From Nitrospirota bacterium (lineage in GTDB: Bacteria; Nitrospirota; UBA9217), in contig CAWCKW010000003.1 in NCBI GenBank assembly GCA_963796285.1, positions 128,001-192,000 of the forward strand: a stretch of DNA of 64,000 nucleotides, in the 5' to 3' direction. Below are positions 19,396-28,167 of the stretch, one piece after another (position 1 is the stretch's first letter; each line of letters starts with the position of its first letter). A program made the translations under genes and the position numbers. The notes below the pieces were generated by a model. That model was not told the origin of the DNA and searched no databases. It worked only from the letters and a program-made list of their open reading frames with translations.

Positions 19396-19854
19396 CTAAT
19401 AATTCGTTATGAGCGACTCCACGCTGACGTTTCCGATTGTCGGCTGAGTGACCGTCACGGTCACGTGTTTGTAGTTCGTCGCCACTGCGCAATTCGACTG
19501 ATCATTCAGGTTTCCCGCAGGAACAAAACAGATTGTACGAGTGCAAAAGAACCCTGCCACTATCGTCGAATTACAGGGCGGGCTGCCTGTCACTAATGTG
19601 CCGGCACTAAATCCGTTCGTCGCCTTTTCACCGAACACCTGGTCCATCTCCCCCTGCGCAAGCTGCGTTGCCTGACTGAGGATGAGCGGGTTTGCGCTTC
19701 CTTTCATGCCGCTGGTAAAGACTGAAAGAACGCCCACCGCCGCGAGCGAGAGGACCACGAGGGTAATAATGGTCTCGATCAGGGTGAAACCCTTCGAGTT
19801 CGGAATTCGGAGTTCGAAGTTCGGAGTTATAATCCTGACATCTGCAATCCGCAC
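19396..19854 (-). CDS. PilV/MshD-like minor pilin
   Basis: KG|FTLIETII, SANP..QATQLAQGEMD, YKHVTVTV, terminal ITNY. Confidence 0.85.
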   Translation of the reverse strand: MRIADVRIITPNFELRIPNSKGFTLIETIITLVVLSLAAVGVLSVFTSGMKGSANPLILSQATQLAQGEMDQVFGEKATNGFSAGTLVTGSPPCNSTIVAGFFCTRTICFVPAGNLNDQSNCAVATNYKHVTVTVTQPTIGNVSVESLITNY

Positions 19855-19897
19855 GTCTTGTCTTAGCCTCCCACTTTCTTATCCTTCTCGACTTCGA

Positions 19898-20431
19898 TCA
19901 ATTCACTGCTCCGGTCTGTGCCGTAACAGTCACGGTGCCAACGGCAACCGCGTTCGCGTTCACCGAAATCATCAGCCCGGAGGACGGAGACAAACAGTTC
20001 GCCGGGACTGCATTACAATTGTATGGCCTGCCGAGAGAATCATACTCAAGACAGTTCATCCCCGGCGTAGGCGTAACGGTAATACCAGCATAGTTTCCCG
20101 TGTTCAATACGACACTCAAGCTCACACCTCCGGCAGGATCAACCGCTGCTGTAAAGCCGCTGCAATCGCGCAGGGCGCTCGTGTCGATCACCACGGCATA
20201 CCCGGCGGGAATTGGCGCGGTGCCGGTCCCATTGAAATAAACCCTCGCCCTGCTGTTTCTCGTCATGGCAAGGTCCTGCGCGTAGCGGATGTCCGCACGC
20301 AGTTTGTCGGTAAACGCCGCGGCATTCGTGGTCGTTATGGTACCCAGCCTCGGGATAACAACCGCAGCCATGATGCCGATAAGCACCAGGACCATCACAA
20401 GTTCTATGAGCGTGAAACCCTTACGATCCAT
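19898..20431 (-). CDS. FimU/MshC-like minor pilin
   Basis: KG|FTLIELV, DIRYAQDLAM, YDSLGRP, terminal TGAV. Confidence 0.85.
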   Translation of the reverse strand: MDRKGFTLIELVMVLVLIGIMAAVVIPRLGTITTTNAAAFTDKLRADIRYAQDLAMTRNSRARVYFNGTGTAPIPAGYAVVIDTSALRDCSGFTAAVDPAGGVSLSVVLNTGNYAGITVTPTPGMNCLEYDSLGRPYNCNAVPANCLSPSSGLMISVNANAVAVGTVTVTAQTGAVN

Positions 20432-20484
20432 AGTTTTTCACAGTATATCAACATCAGGATGATAGTTCAAGGCGTCTGAAGCAT

Positions 20485-22461
20485 CTATCCCCGGCTCCTG
20501 TCCAGAAGGTCCTGCACGGCTTTCCGGTCCGGAGAATCCTGCGGCAGGAGTTCCAGCGCCTTCCGGAAATACTTTCCCGCCTCCTGACGGCTACCAGTTT
20601 CAAGCAGGACCTGTCCCATGCCTTTATAAGCCGGCGCGTATCCAGGGGACATTTTGGACATTATTGAAAAATGCTTGAATGCCTCGTTATAATTCTTCTT
20701 TTCAAGGTACGTCGTCGCGATGATATTTCTTATATATATGTTCATCGGATCGGCCAGCAGGGCCTTGTTCATGATTTCCCTGCCTTTTTCCGGCTCGCCC
20801 AGCTCAAAATAAGCCTGCGCGACCATCAGGTAATCTTCCGATTTTTGCGGGATACCCTTTGCTGCCGCTAGGTAATATTCCGCAGCTTTCTTTTTATTGC
20901 CGAGCTGTTTGTAACATTCGGCGATTGATCCTAAAACTGCGGGCGAATAGTTTTTCCCCTCAGAGGCCTTTGTGAAAGTATCAATGGCCTTTCGGTAATC
21001 TTTTTTTTGTTTATAAATGGAACCCAGATTGTAATAGTATATTTCCGCCGAGATCGACCCTTTCAGGGTCAACATTATCTCCTCAGCCTTATTCAGGTCA
21101 TCCTTCATAAAATAGGCAATCGCCAGGTTCAGGTATGTTGCGATCGCGCGGTTGCCTTGTTTCAGCGAAAGCTCCATAATGCCGATGGCCTTGTCAATAT
21201 TTCCACGTTCCAGATAGGCCGCACTTAAATTGACATAGGACTTGCTTTTTTCGGGCGCTTTTTTTAGGGCATCGGCCCAAAGCGTGATGGGGTCTCTATA
21301 CACGTCATTCCGCATAAAGGTCAAGACGCCGAAGAGCAGGACAATGCCGACGATTGCGGCAATGCAGGTTCTTGTATACCGCTGCGATGCATCAACGAAC
21401 AGCTTGCTGAGGGCAAGGCAAAAGCCGAGCCCCGCAGCGTAGACCCATCGCTCTGTCATGTAATCGCTCATGCGCATTACAAGAAACGGCGTCAAGTTGA
21501 TGAAGAACCAGAGGATGGAAAAAGACAGCACACGGTTTTTATTTCTGAGGAGATACGCAATCAGAAGAAGTCCCGCGACGACCGCCATGGAAAGCACAAC
21601 GCGAGGATCGAATGAGGTCGACTCTGTAACTGAATGGTCGATCGTCAGTCCCAGGGGGACGATCATCAGCCGGATATAGTCAGCAAATACCTTGATCTCA
21701 GTCAATAGGTGCGTTGTCCAGGGTCGGTCATACATTTCAGGGTGGGCGATACTGCCGGCATAATACAGAAAACCCGCTGCCATTATTGCCCAAAAAGGCA
21801 GGTGAAATTTAATTCTCGAGAGAAAATTTTGGTCCTTCCTCACAACAAAATAATAATCGAACAGGATAAGGAGGGCAGGCAAGACAATCGCGGACTCCTT
21901 CGACGCCAGACCGAGGAAAAAACAGAGGAGGGCGAGCCCATAGAGGATGGGGGAGAATGCCTTCTCCGTAGCTCGAAAAAACAGAAGCATCGTTCCCAGC
22001 ATTAAGAGCGTGGACAACTCCGAAGACCGGCTCGATATATAGGTTACGCTTTCAGTATTGATCGGATGCACCGTAAAGAAAAGCGCCGCAAGTAGCGCTA
22101 TGGCGTGATACCGATCATCGTCTTTATTGTCGACATAGCGGGCGATCAGCAGATAGAACGTAAAAGCAACAGCAATGTGGATGCTCAGATTGACCAGATG
22201 GTATCCGAACGTATCCAGACCACCCGCCATATAATTGAGGTAAAAGGTAAAAAGAAGAAAAGCCCTGCTGGTTATCACCGCAGCGAAGTGCCCGGTTATC
22301 CAGTCCAGATAAAGCGGGAAGGACTTGATGATGAGTTGTTCTTTCAGAAAATGAAAATCATCATAATGAAAAGGTACGCTGAAGGAATTGATATAGGCGA
22401 GCAAGCCTGTCAATGTGAGGAAGAGCAAAACCGTTCTTTTGCGGATCACGGTGGAATGCAT
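20485..22461 (-). CDS. TMTC-like GT-C glycosyltransferase with C-terminal TPR repeats
   Basis: YINSF..FHYDD, YHLVNL..H, FTVHPINTESVTYISSRS, SKESA, ERWVY, RNDVYRDPITLW, then TPR array. Confidence 0.85.
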   Translation of the reverse strand: MHSTVIRKRTVLLFLTLTGLLAYINSFSVPFHYDDFHFLKEQLIIKSFPLYLDWITGHFAAVITSRAFLLFTFYLNYMAGGLDTFGYHLVNLSIHIAVAFTFYLLIARYVDNKDDDRYHAIALLAALFFTVHPINTESVTYISSRSSELSTLLMLGTMLLFFRATEKAFSPILYGLALLCFFLGLASKESAIVLPALLILFDYYFVVRKDQNFLSRIKFHLPFWAIMAAGFLYYAGSIAHPEMYDRPWTTHLLTEIKVFADYIRLMIVPLGLTIDHSVTESTSFDPRVVLSMAVVAGLLLIAYLLRNKNRVLSFSILWFFINLTPFLVMRMSDYMTERWVYAAGLGFCLALSKLFVDASQRYTRTCIAAIVGIVLLFGVLTFMRNDVYRDPITLWADALKKAPEKSKSYVNLSAAYLERGNIDKAIGIMELSLKQGNRAIATYLNLAIAYFMKDDLNKAEEIMLTLKGSISAEIYYYNLGSIYKQKKDYRKAIDTFTKASEGKNYSPAVLGSIAECYKQLGNKKKAAEYYLAAAKGIPQKSEDYLMVAQAYFELGEPEKGREIMNKALLADPMNIYIRNIIATTYLEKKNYNEAFKHFSIMSKMSPGYAPAYKGMGQVLLETGSRQEAGKYFRKALELLPQDSPDRKAVQDLLDRSRG

Positions 22462-22477
22462 TCAACCCTTTTTATAT

Positions 22478-22517
22478 AAATTGTCTATAGGGACTTCTCC
22501 CCATTGCCAATCATGGT
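22478..22517 (-). terminator. Degenerate copy of the pilin terminator
   Basis: ATTGTCTATAGGGA-CTTC-TCCCCATTGCCAATCATGGT, a mismatched version of 22927-22970. Confidence 0.5.
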
Positions 22518-22533
22518 ACGCATGGTCAAATTA

Positions 22534-22878
22534 TTACAGCGCTACTCCCGTCAGATTGCATAGACGGGTTGACCCCTGATAGGAAATCGTTACGTTCGCT
22601 GCTGTCGCCCCGGTCGCCGTTGCCGAGCCGCCTAAATCAGTATTAGAAATAACATTGGCGAACGGCTTCAGCGTTCCCCGTGGATACCCCGTATACGAAG
22701 ACGCGATCAAGACTGCGCCGCTTGACTTCAATCCACCGCACATGCCATCAAAGCTTGCACTCAGCGCGTCTGTACGCATATCAATATACTTAGGGATCGC
22801 CACCGCGGCCAGTATGCCGAGGATGACGATGACCATGACCAGCTCGATTAACGTGAATCCCTTCTGAGTTCTTGCCAT
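22534..22878 (-). CDS. Type IV major-pilin-like protein, copy 2 (MshA-like)
   Basis: QKG|FTLIELVMVIVILGILAAVAIPKY; near-identical N-terminal half to 22987..23325. Confidence 0.92.
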   Translation of the reverse strand: MARTQKGFTLIELVMVIVILGILAAVAIPKYIDMRTDALSASFDGMCGGLKSSGAVLIASSYTGYPRGTLKPFANVISNTDLGGSATATGATAANVTISYQGSTRLCNLTGVAL

Positions 22879-22926
22879 CAATTATCCCTCTTGCGAAAAT
22901 AGTTAGGCATGCATTTGACCCCTGTC

Positions 22927-22964
22927 AAAAAAATTGGCTATGGGGATTGCTCCCCATAGCCAAT
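22927..22964 (-). terminator. Intrinsic terminator after pilin copy 1
   Basis: Perfect stem ATTGGCTATGGGGA-TTGC-TCCCCATAGCCAAT followed by a T run on the minus strand. Confidence 0.85.
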
Positions 22965-22986
22965 CATGGTTTCCATTACCTAACTG

Positions 22987-23325
22987 TTACTGCACGACTG
23001 CCGTCAAATCGCATGCACGAGTAGACCCCTGATAGGAAATTGTTGCTACCTTTCCTGCTACAGTCGTCGTTGCGCTGCCTAAATCAGTATTCGCAAGAAC
23101 GTCAGCAATCGGCTTTAGCGATCCCCGAGGATACCCGGTATATGAAGACGCGATCAAAACCCCGCCGCTTGACTTCAACCCTCCGCACATGCCATCAAAG
23201 CTTGCACTCAGCGCGTCTGTCCGCATATCAATATACTTCGGGATCGCCACTGCCGCCAGGATACCCAGAATCACGATGACCATGACCAACTCAATTAATG
23301 TAAAACCTTTCTGTGTTCTTACCAT
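22987..23325 (-). CDS. Type IV major pilin, copy 1 (MshA-like)
   Basis: QKG|FTLIELVMVIVILGILAAVAIPKY; strong AAGGAGG RBS; followed by a terminator. Confidence 0.92.
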   Translation of the reverse strand: MVRTQKGFTLIELVMVIVILGILAAVAIPKYIDMRTDALSASFDGMCGGLKSSGGVLIASSYTGYPRGSLKPIADVLANTDLGSATTTVAGKVATISYQGSTRACDLTAVVQ

Positions 23326-23465
23326 TTTTGTTCCCTCCTTAGAATTTGTATTATTAAACGCCCTATCGTATTTCGCAAATCGATCGATTTCATAACAACA
23401 CTGTCAACATAATTAAAGCACTCGGCGCGCCTTGCCGTGCCACTTGCCGTCCATTGCAACTGCGA

Positions 23466-23903
23466 TCAGCAGCCGGTTAAAGACGTACTAACGGTACCGG
23501 TAGCGCCGCTATACATTGCCCCGCATGTCCCGCTTCCGCCATTTTCAGGCTGAAACGTTACTGCGTTTGGATCCGCAAGATTGATGTTAAACCCCGCCGT
23601 ATCGGTAAGAGCGGAGATTATGCCGGCTTGCGTACCAGCAGGAATCCCAAGGGGAGCGTTCACAAGGACACCGTCCATATCAATACTCGTGCCGCTCGCA
23701 TATCCTGACACCATGTACTTTGCCTTTGAAACGATCACGGCTGCTCTCAGGCCGCCGGCCATGCCGTTTACCGCCGCTTTCCGAGCATCAGTTACGATAT
23801 TGATATACCGAGGTATGGCCACAGCCGCTAGAATTCCCAAGATCACGATGACGATTACCAGTTCGATGAGGGTGAAACCTTTTTGTTCTCTTGCCATTTT
23901 CAT
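23466..23903 (-). CDS. MshB/MshA-like pilin
   Basis: QKG|FTLIELVIVIVILGILAAVAIPRYINIVTDARKAAVNGMAGGLRAAV, typical MSHA alpha1; start trimmed using RBS. Confidence 0.88.
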   Translation of the reverse strand: MKMAREQKGFTLIELVIVIVILGILAAVAIPRYINIVTDARKAAVNGMAGGLRAAVIVSKAKYMVSGYASGTSIDMDGVLVNAPLGIPAGTQAGIISALTDTAGFNINLADPNAVTFQPENGGSGTCGAMYSGATGTVSTSLTGC

Positions 23904-23986
23904 CTCCTTCCTCCTAATTTTACACATATTATCTGTTCCCAAAAGACATTTGATGCAACGCCCAAGCATGGAAACCCGTGTGTATG

Positions 23987-24406
23987 CTACCAGTTTTCAT
24001 ACCCTCTTGTCGTCGCCTTGACCGCTCCGAGAACAGGATCGTACGCGTAGTAATTGCCGAATGGATCCACAAGATGCCCCTGTGCATCCAGCGCCTGTGC
24101 TACAAGATATTTCTCGTCTAAAAATATCGACCCCGCAGATGGATCAGGCCCCATTCTCGAAGGAAGCATGACACTTTTTTCAATAAGTTCATTGAGGCTC
24201 GTGGGGTTTCGTTCATTCAACGCACGAAAAAGTCGGATGCTCGAACGAATATTCGCCAACCCCATTTTAAGGGCCGCTTCCTGGGCCTCGTGGGCCACTC
24301 GCTGATATTTCGGAATCACAACGCCGATCAGAATGCCGATGAGACAGAGAGTGATGACAGCATCAACGATCGTGAGCCCTTTTGCATTCTTGAACCAGGT
24401 CCCCAC
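23987..24406 (-). CDS. Pilin-like protein in the MshF position (degenerate prepilin motif)
   Basis: KG|LTIVDAVITLCLIGIL, NPTSLNELI, DPFGNYYAYD; GGAGG before GTG 24406. Confidence 0.7.
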   Translation of the reverse strand: MGTWFKNAKGLTIVDAVITLCLIGILIGVVIPKYQRVAHEAQEAALKMGLANIRSSIRLFRALNERNPTSLNELIEKSVMLPSRMGPDPSAGSIFLDEKYLVAQALDAQGHLVDPFGNYYAYDPVLGAVKATTRGYENW

Positions 24407-24534
24407 GCTGCCTCCGAAACGGCTTGTGGTTAAAATATACGCTTTTTGCAATGCAGAGTCAACGTATACTTTTGTTCAAAACCATTAAAGATAGCCTAAT
24501 AGTAACAGGCCCGAAACGGTGTTGAGCTGTTCGA

Positions 24535-25752
24535 TTACCTCTTGAACAGACTCATCATATTCCACATGGGGAGGAAGATCCCCAGGGCCAGGAACAGGAC
24601 CATGCCGCCGACAAAAAGAAGCAGGATCGGCTCGATCATGGTCGCAAGGTTGCGAAGGGTATACTCAACGTCCATGTCGTAGTAATCGGAGACCTTGTTC
24701 AACATGGTATCGAGCTGTCCCGTTTCCTCGCCCACCGCCATCATCTGTATGACCAGCGGCGGGAAAAGTCCCGAGGACTCCATCGGCGCGGTCAGCCCCT
24801 TGCCGTCCCGGAGACTATCGCTCATGGATTCAACCGCCCGGGCGATCACTACATTGCCGACCGTCTCTCCCGCGATCTCGAGCGTCAGCATCATGGAGAT
24901 GCCGCTTTTCTGCATGGCGCTGAATATTCGCGCGAACCGCGAGAGTGCCACTTTTTGAAAAAGGGTGCCGAACACGGGTAGTTTGAGCTTCAGCCGGTCC
25001 CACTGCCATCTGCCCGCCGGTGTTCCCAGGTACCAGATCACTCCCCACACAGTCAGGGTGATGCCGATAATAATAAGATACCAGTAGTGCTGGACAACGT
25101 AGTTGATGTTGATCAGGATGCGGGTGGGCAGCGGCAGCTCTGTTTTAAACTGGGCAAAGATCGCCGCGAACTTCGGGATCACGAACGTGACAAGAAATGC
25201 AAATGCTGCAGAGATGGCGATCACAACGATCAGCGGATACCGGACAGCTGCCTTCACCCGTGCGCGGGTTTCAGCCTCATGCTCCGAAAGGAGCGCCAGC
25301 CGGCTCAGGATATCGTCGAGGATACCGGCCGTCTCACCGGCCCGGACCATGCTCACGTACAGTTTGTTGAATAACTTGGGCTGCCTGGCAAGGGCATCGG
25401 AGAACGAGCTGCCGGCCTCGATATCACGCCTGAGCTGGGAAATTGCGGCCTTCAACCGCGGATTTTCCGACTGCCGTTCGAGTGTTACAAGGCCCTGGAT
25501 AAAAGGGATGCCCGCGCTCATGAGCGTGGAAAGCTGTCTGCTGAAGATGATGAGGTCCTGCGGCGTGACCCGGGAAAACAGTGCACCGAGGTCGGTCGCC
25601 GACAGCCGCGCCGGCTCCTGCTCCTCGATCAGCACCGGGATGTGTCCCATACCGGAGAGCTGGTCCGCTACGCCCTCTTTGCGCACGGCCTCCATCGTAC
25701 CGGTGTGCAGCACGCCGTCCTTATCCCTGGCCCTATATCGGTAAAGCGGCAT
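24535..25752 (-). CDS. pilC: Inner-membrane platform protein PilC/MshG (GspF family)
   Basis: FSRQLSTLMSAGIP, AGETAG, YPLIVV, VGEETGQLD, IEPIL, IFLPMW. Confidence 0.93.
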   Translation of the reverse strand: MPLYRYRARDKDGVLHTGTMEAVRKEGVADQLSGMGHIPVLIEEQEPARLSATDLGALFSRVTPQDLIIFSRQLSTLMSAGIPFIQGLVTLERQSENPRLKAAISQLRRDIEAGSSFSDALARQPKLFNKLYVSMVRAGETAGILDDILSRLALLSEHEAETRARVKAAVRYPLIVVIAISAAFAFLVTFVIPKFAAIFAQFKTELPLPTRILININYVVQHYWYLIIIGITLTVWGVIWYLGTPAGRWQWDRLKLKLPVFGTLFQKVALSRFARIFSAMQKSGISMMLTLEIAGETVGNVVIARAVESMSDSLRDGKGLTAPMESSGLFPPLVIQMMAVGEETGQLDTMLNKVSDYYDMDVEYTLRNLATMIEPILLLFVGGMVLFLALGIFLPMWNMMSLFKR

Positions 25753-25951
25753 GAATACCCCCGGACAAAAAACACGTGAGAGCCGGAAATCAGCGTTAAG
25801 ACCATCAGAACACGGATGCGAGCAGGGATCAAGAGCTCAGACTATCAGATTGCGGACTGAAAAAAAGCCGTATACTTCCCCTTACCTCTGTCATTTGTTG
25901 CTAAACATTATCACAAAAAAAAGCATTCTGCAACAATACAAAATAAAATCA

Positions 25952-25980
25952 TTGACAAGCCCGGTTTACTGGGGTATATT
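25952..25980 (+). promoter_or_regulatory. Sigma-70 promoter of rho with ~420-nt leader
   Basis: TTGACA-17 nt-TATATT. Confidence 0.7.
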
Positions 25981-26403
25981 TTCTCCAGTCATCGAATAAC
26001 CCTGACCAAACACCCCGTGTTATTGCAAAAACCCAGCATACTGATAACCAGGTAAAAACACTGCATACCGTTTACACAGAGAGGTCTTTTATCACGTAAG
26101 CAACCCGCTGACAGACTACGTTGTTGCTGATCATTCACAACAATCAGCCTGACGGAACCAGCCTCCTTATAAAAACCAACATCACGCTATACACAACGCT
26201 TATACCTGCAACAGCAGGAGCAGCATAGCCCCGCCAGAGATCAAAGACGGGCTTATCAACAATCACGGAACATTTAACAGACGTCTCCGGATCGCTCGCG
26301 AGGGCGCGCCGGACGATCTCTGCACGGAGTAGACCATCAACCCACCTCTCACCAGGTACATACCGCACGCGCCCCAGCAAACCACGGGCCAAGGAGTAAA
26401 ACC

Positions 26404-27654
26404 ATGAATTTAGTAGAACTCAAAGGAAAGAACATCGCCGAATTGACCGACATGGCGAACGACCTCAAGGTCGAAGGCGTCAGCGGCCTTAGAAAACAGG
26501 AGCTGATCTTCGCCATCCTGCAGGCGCAGACGGAAAAGAACGGCATGATATTCGGGGAAGGCGTTCTCGAGATCCTGCCCGACGGCTTCGGCTTCCTTCG
26601 AGCCCCCGATTACAACTATCTCCCCGGCCCCGACGATATCTACGTTTCCCCCTCCCAGATAAGAAGGTTCAGCATCCGCACCGGCGACACCGTCTCCGGC
26701 CAGATCCGGCCGCCGAAAGAGGGCGAGCGTTACTTCGCACTCCTCAAGGTGGACGCCATCAACTATGAAGACCCCGAAATATCCCGGAGCAAGATCCTGT
26801 TCGACAACCTCACGCCTTACTACCCCGAAAAAAAGATAAAGCTCGAGACCGGCCCGACGGACTATACCACGCGCGCCATAGACCTCGTCACGCCCATCGG
26901 CATGGGACAGCGCGGAATGATCGTGGCCCCTCCCCGGACCGGCAAGACCATGCTGCTCCAAGCCGTGGCCAAGGCGATCATCAAGAACCATCCGGATATC
27001 AAGCTCATCGTTCTGCTCATTGACGAACGGCCCGAGGAGGTCACGGACTGGCAGCGTCAGGTCAAGGCCGAGATCATCAGCTCCACCTTCGACGAGCCGC
27101 CCCAGAGGCACGTGCAGGTCGCGGACATGGTCATCGAGCGCGCGAAGCGGCTCGTTGAGCACAAAAAGGACGTCGTGATCCTGCTCGACAGCGTCACCCG
27201 CCTCGCGCGGGCGCACAACGCGATTATCCCGGCATCGGGCAAGGTGCTTTCCGGCGGACTGGACGCGAACGCGCTGCAGCGTCCCAAGAGGTTCTTCGGC
27301 GCGGCCCGGAGCATCGAAGGGGGCGGCGGCAGCCTCACCATCCTGGCAACGGCGCTCGTGGACACGGGAAGCCGCATGGACGACGTGATCTTCGAGGAGT
27401 TCAAGGGCACCGGCAACATGGAGCTCCATCTCGACAGGAAGCTGGTCGAAAAACGAGTGTTCCCGGCCATCGACATCAACGCGTCCGGCACCCGCAAGGA
27501 AGAACTGCTCGTCGACAAGGACGACCTGAACCGCATGTGGGTGCTCAGAAAGGTCCTGAACCCGCTCTCCACCGTGGAGAGCATGGAGTTCCTGCTCGAA
27601 AAGCTCAAACAATCAAAAACGAACAGGGACTTCCTGGACTCGATGAACAAGTAA
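26404..27654 (+). CDS. rho: Transcription termination factor Rho
   Basis: [47 protein letters not shown]. Confidence 0.99.
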   Translation: MNLVELKGKNIAELTDMANDLKVEGVSGLRKQELIFAILQAQTEKNGMIFGEGVLEILPDGFGFLRAPDYNYLPGPDDIYVSPSQIRRFSIRTGDTVSGQIRPPKEGERYFALLKVDAINYEDPEISRSKILFDNLTPYYPEKKIKLETGPTDYTTRAIDLVTPIGMGQRGMIVAPPRTGKTMLLQAVAKAIIKNHPDIKLIVLLIDERPEEVTDWQRQVKAEIISSTFDEPPQRHVQVADMVIERAKRLVEHKKDVVILLDSVTRLARAHNAIIPASGKVLSGGLDANALQRPKRFFGAARSIEGGGGSLTILATALVDTGSRMDDVIFEEFKGTGNMELHLDRKLVEKRVFPAIDINASGTRKEELLVDKDDLNRMWVLRKVLNPLSTVESMEFLLEKLKQSKTNRDFLDSMNK

Positions 27655-27671
27655 CCGGTCAAATATTTCGC

Positions 27672-27700
27672 TTGTAATTTTGGATGTTTTGTTATATTAT
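27672..27700 (+). promoter_or_regulatory. Putative sigma-70 promoter of rpmE
   Basis: TTGTAA-17 nt-TATTAT. Confidence 0.5.
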
Positions 27701-27840
27701 TCCGGACTTACGGTAACCAGTGGCGGACCCCCTTAGAAAGGGGATTCTCACAAGGGTGACCATGGTAAAGGTTTGAAATGTAGCGAGTAATACATAGAGT
27801 ACGTATTATGGCTTCAATAATAATCAGGAGGAGTAGAACC

Positions 27841-28041
27841 ATGAAACAGGGAATTCACCCGGACTACAAGCTGTCGGAGGTCCACTGCGCCTGCGGCGAA
27901 GCATACCAGACACGGTCCACAAAAGAGAGCATCAGGCTCGACATCTGCTCGGTCTGCCACCCCTTCTTCACCGGCAAACAGAAGCTCATCGATACCGAAG
28001 GCCGCATCGATAAGTTCCGCAAAAAATACACGAAGGCGTAA
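27841..28041 (+). CDS. rpmE: 50S ribosomal protein L31 (zinc-binding C+ type)
   Basis: MKQGIHPDY..CACG..DICSVCHPFFTGKQK; AGGAGGAG RBS. Confidence 0.98.
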   Translation: MKQGIHPDYKLSEVHCACGEAYQTRSTKESIRLDICSVCHPFFTGKQKLIDTEGRIDKFRKKYTKA

Positions 28042-28066
28042 AGCAGCTTGCGAAATGCGAGACATC

Positions 28067-28124
28067 GTAGGGGCAACCCTGTGTGGTTGCCCTGATTCGG
28101 GCGGCCGCACAGGGCCGCCCCTAC
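28067..28124. repeat. GTAG-type REP pair (REPIN-like)
   Basis: GTAGGGGCAACCCTGTGTGGTTGCCC .. GGGCGGCCGCACAGGGCCGCCCCTAC: two inverted REP hairpins with GTAG/CTAC ends. Confidence 0.8.
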
Positions 28125-28167
28125 GTTTTTTATCGATGTCAAAATACTTTTTCACGAGGTCCCTGAC

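Noticed and set aside
22534-23325. Electrically conductive e-pilin hypothesis (pilus locus near a cytochrome b operon)
   Set aside because: Copy 1 has only 6 aromatics in 105 mature residues and is not truncated; no multiheme cytochromes in the window
22534-23325. DGR or shufflon acting on the pilins
   Set aside because: No reverse transcriptase or adjacent invertase; differences are not adenine-specific; both copies are complete genes
23420-23445. TGGCACG as a sigma-54 promoter for the pilin
   Set aside because: No TTGC at the required -12 spacing
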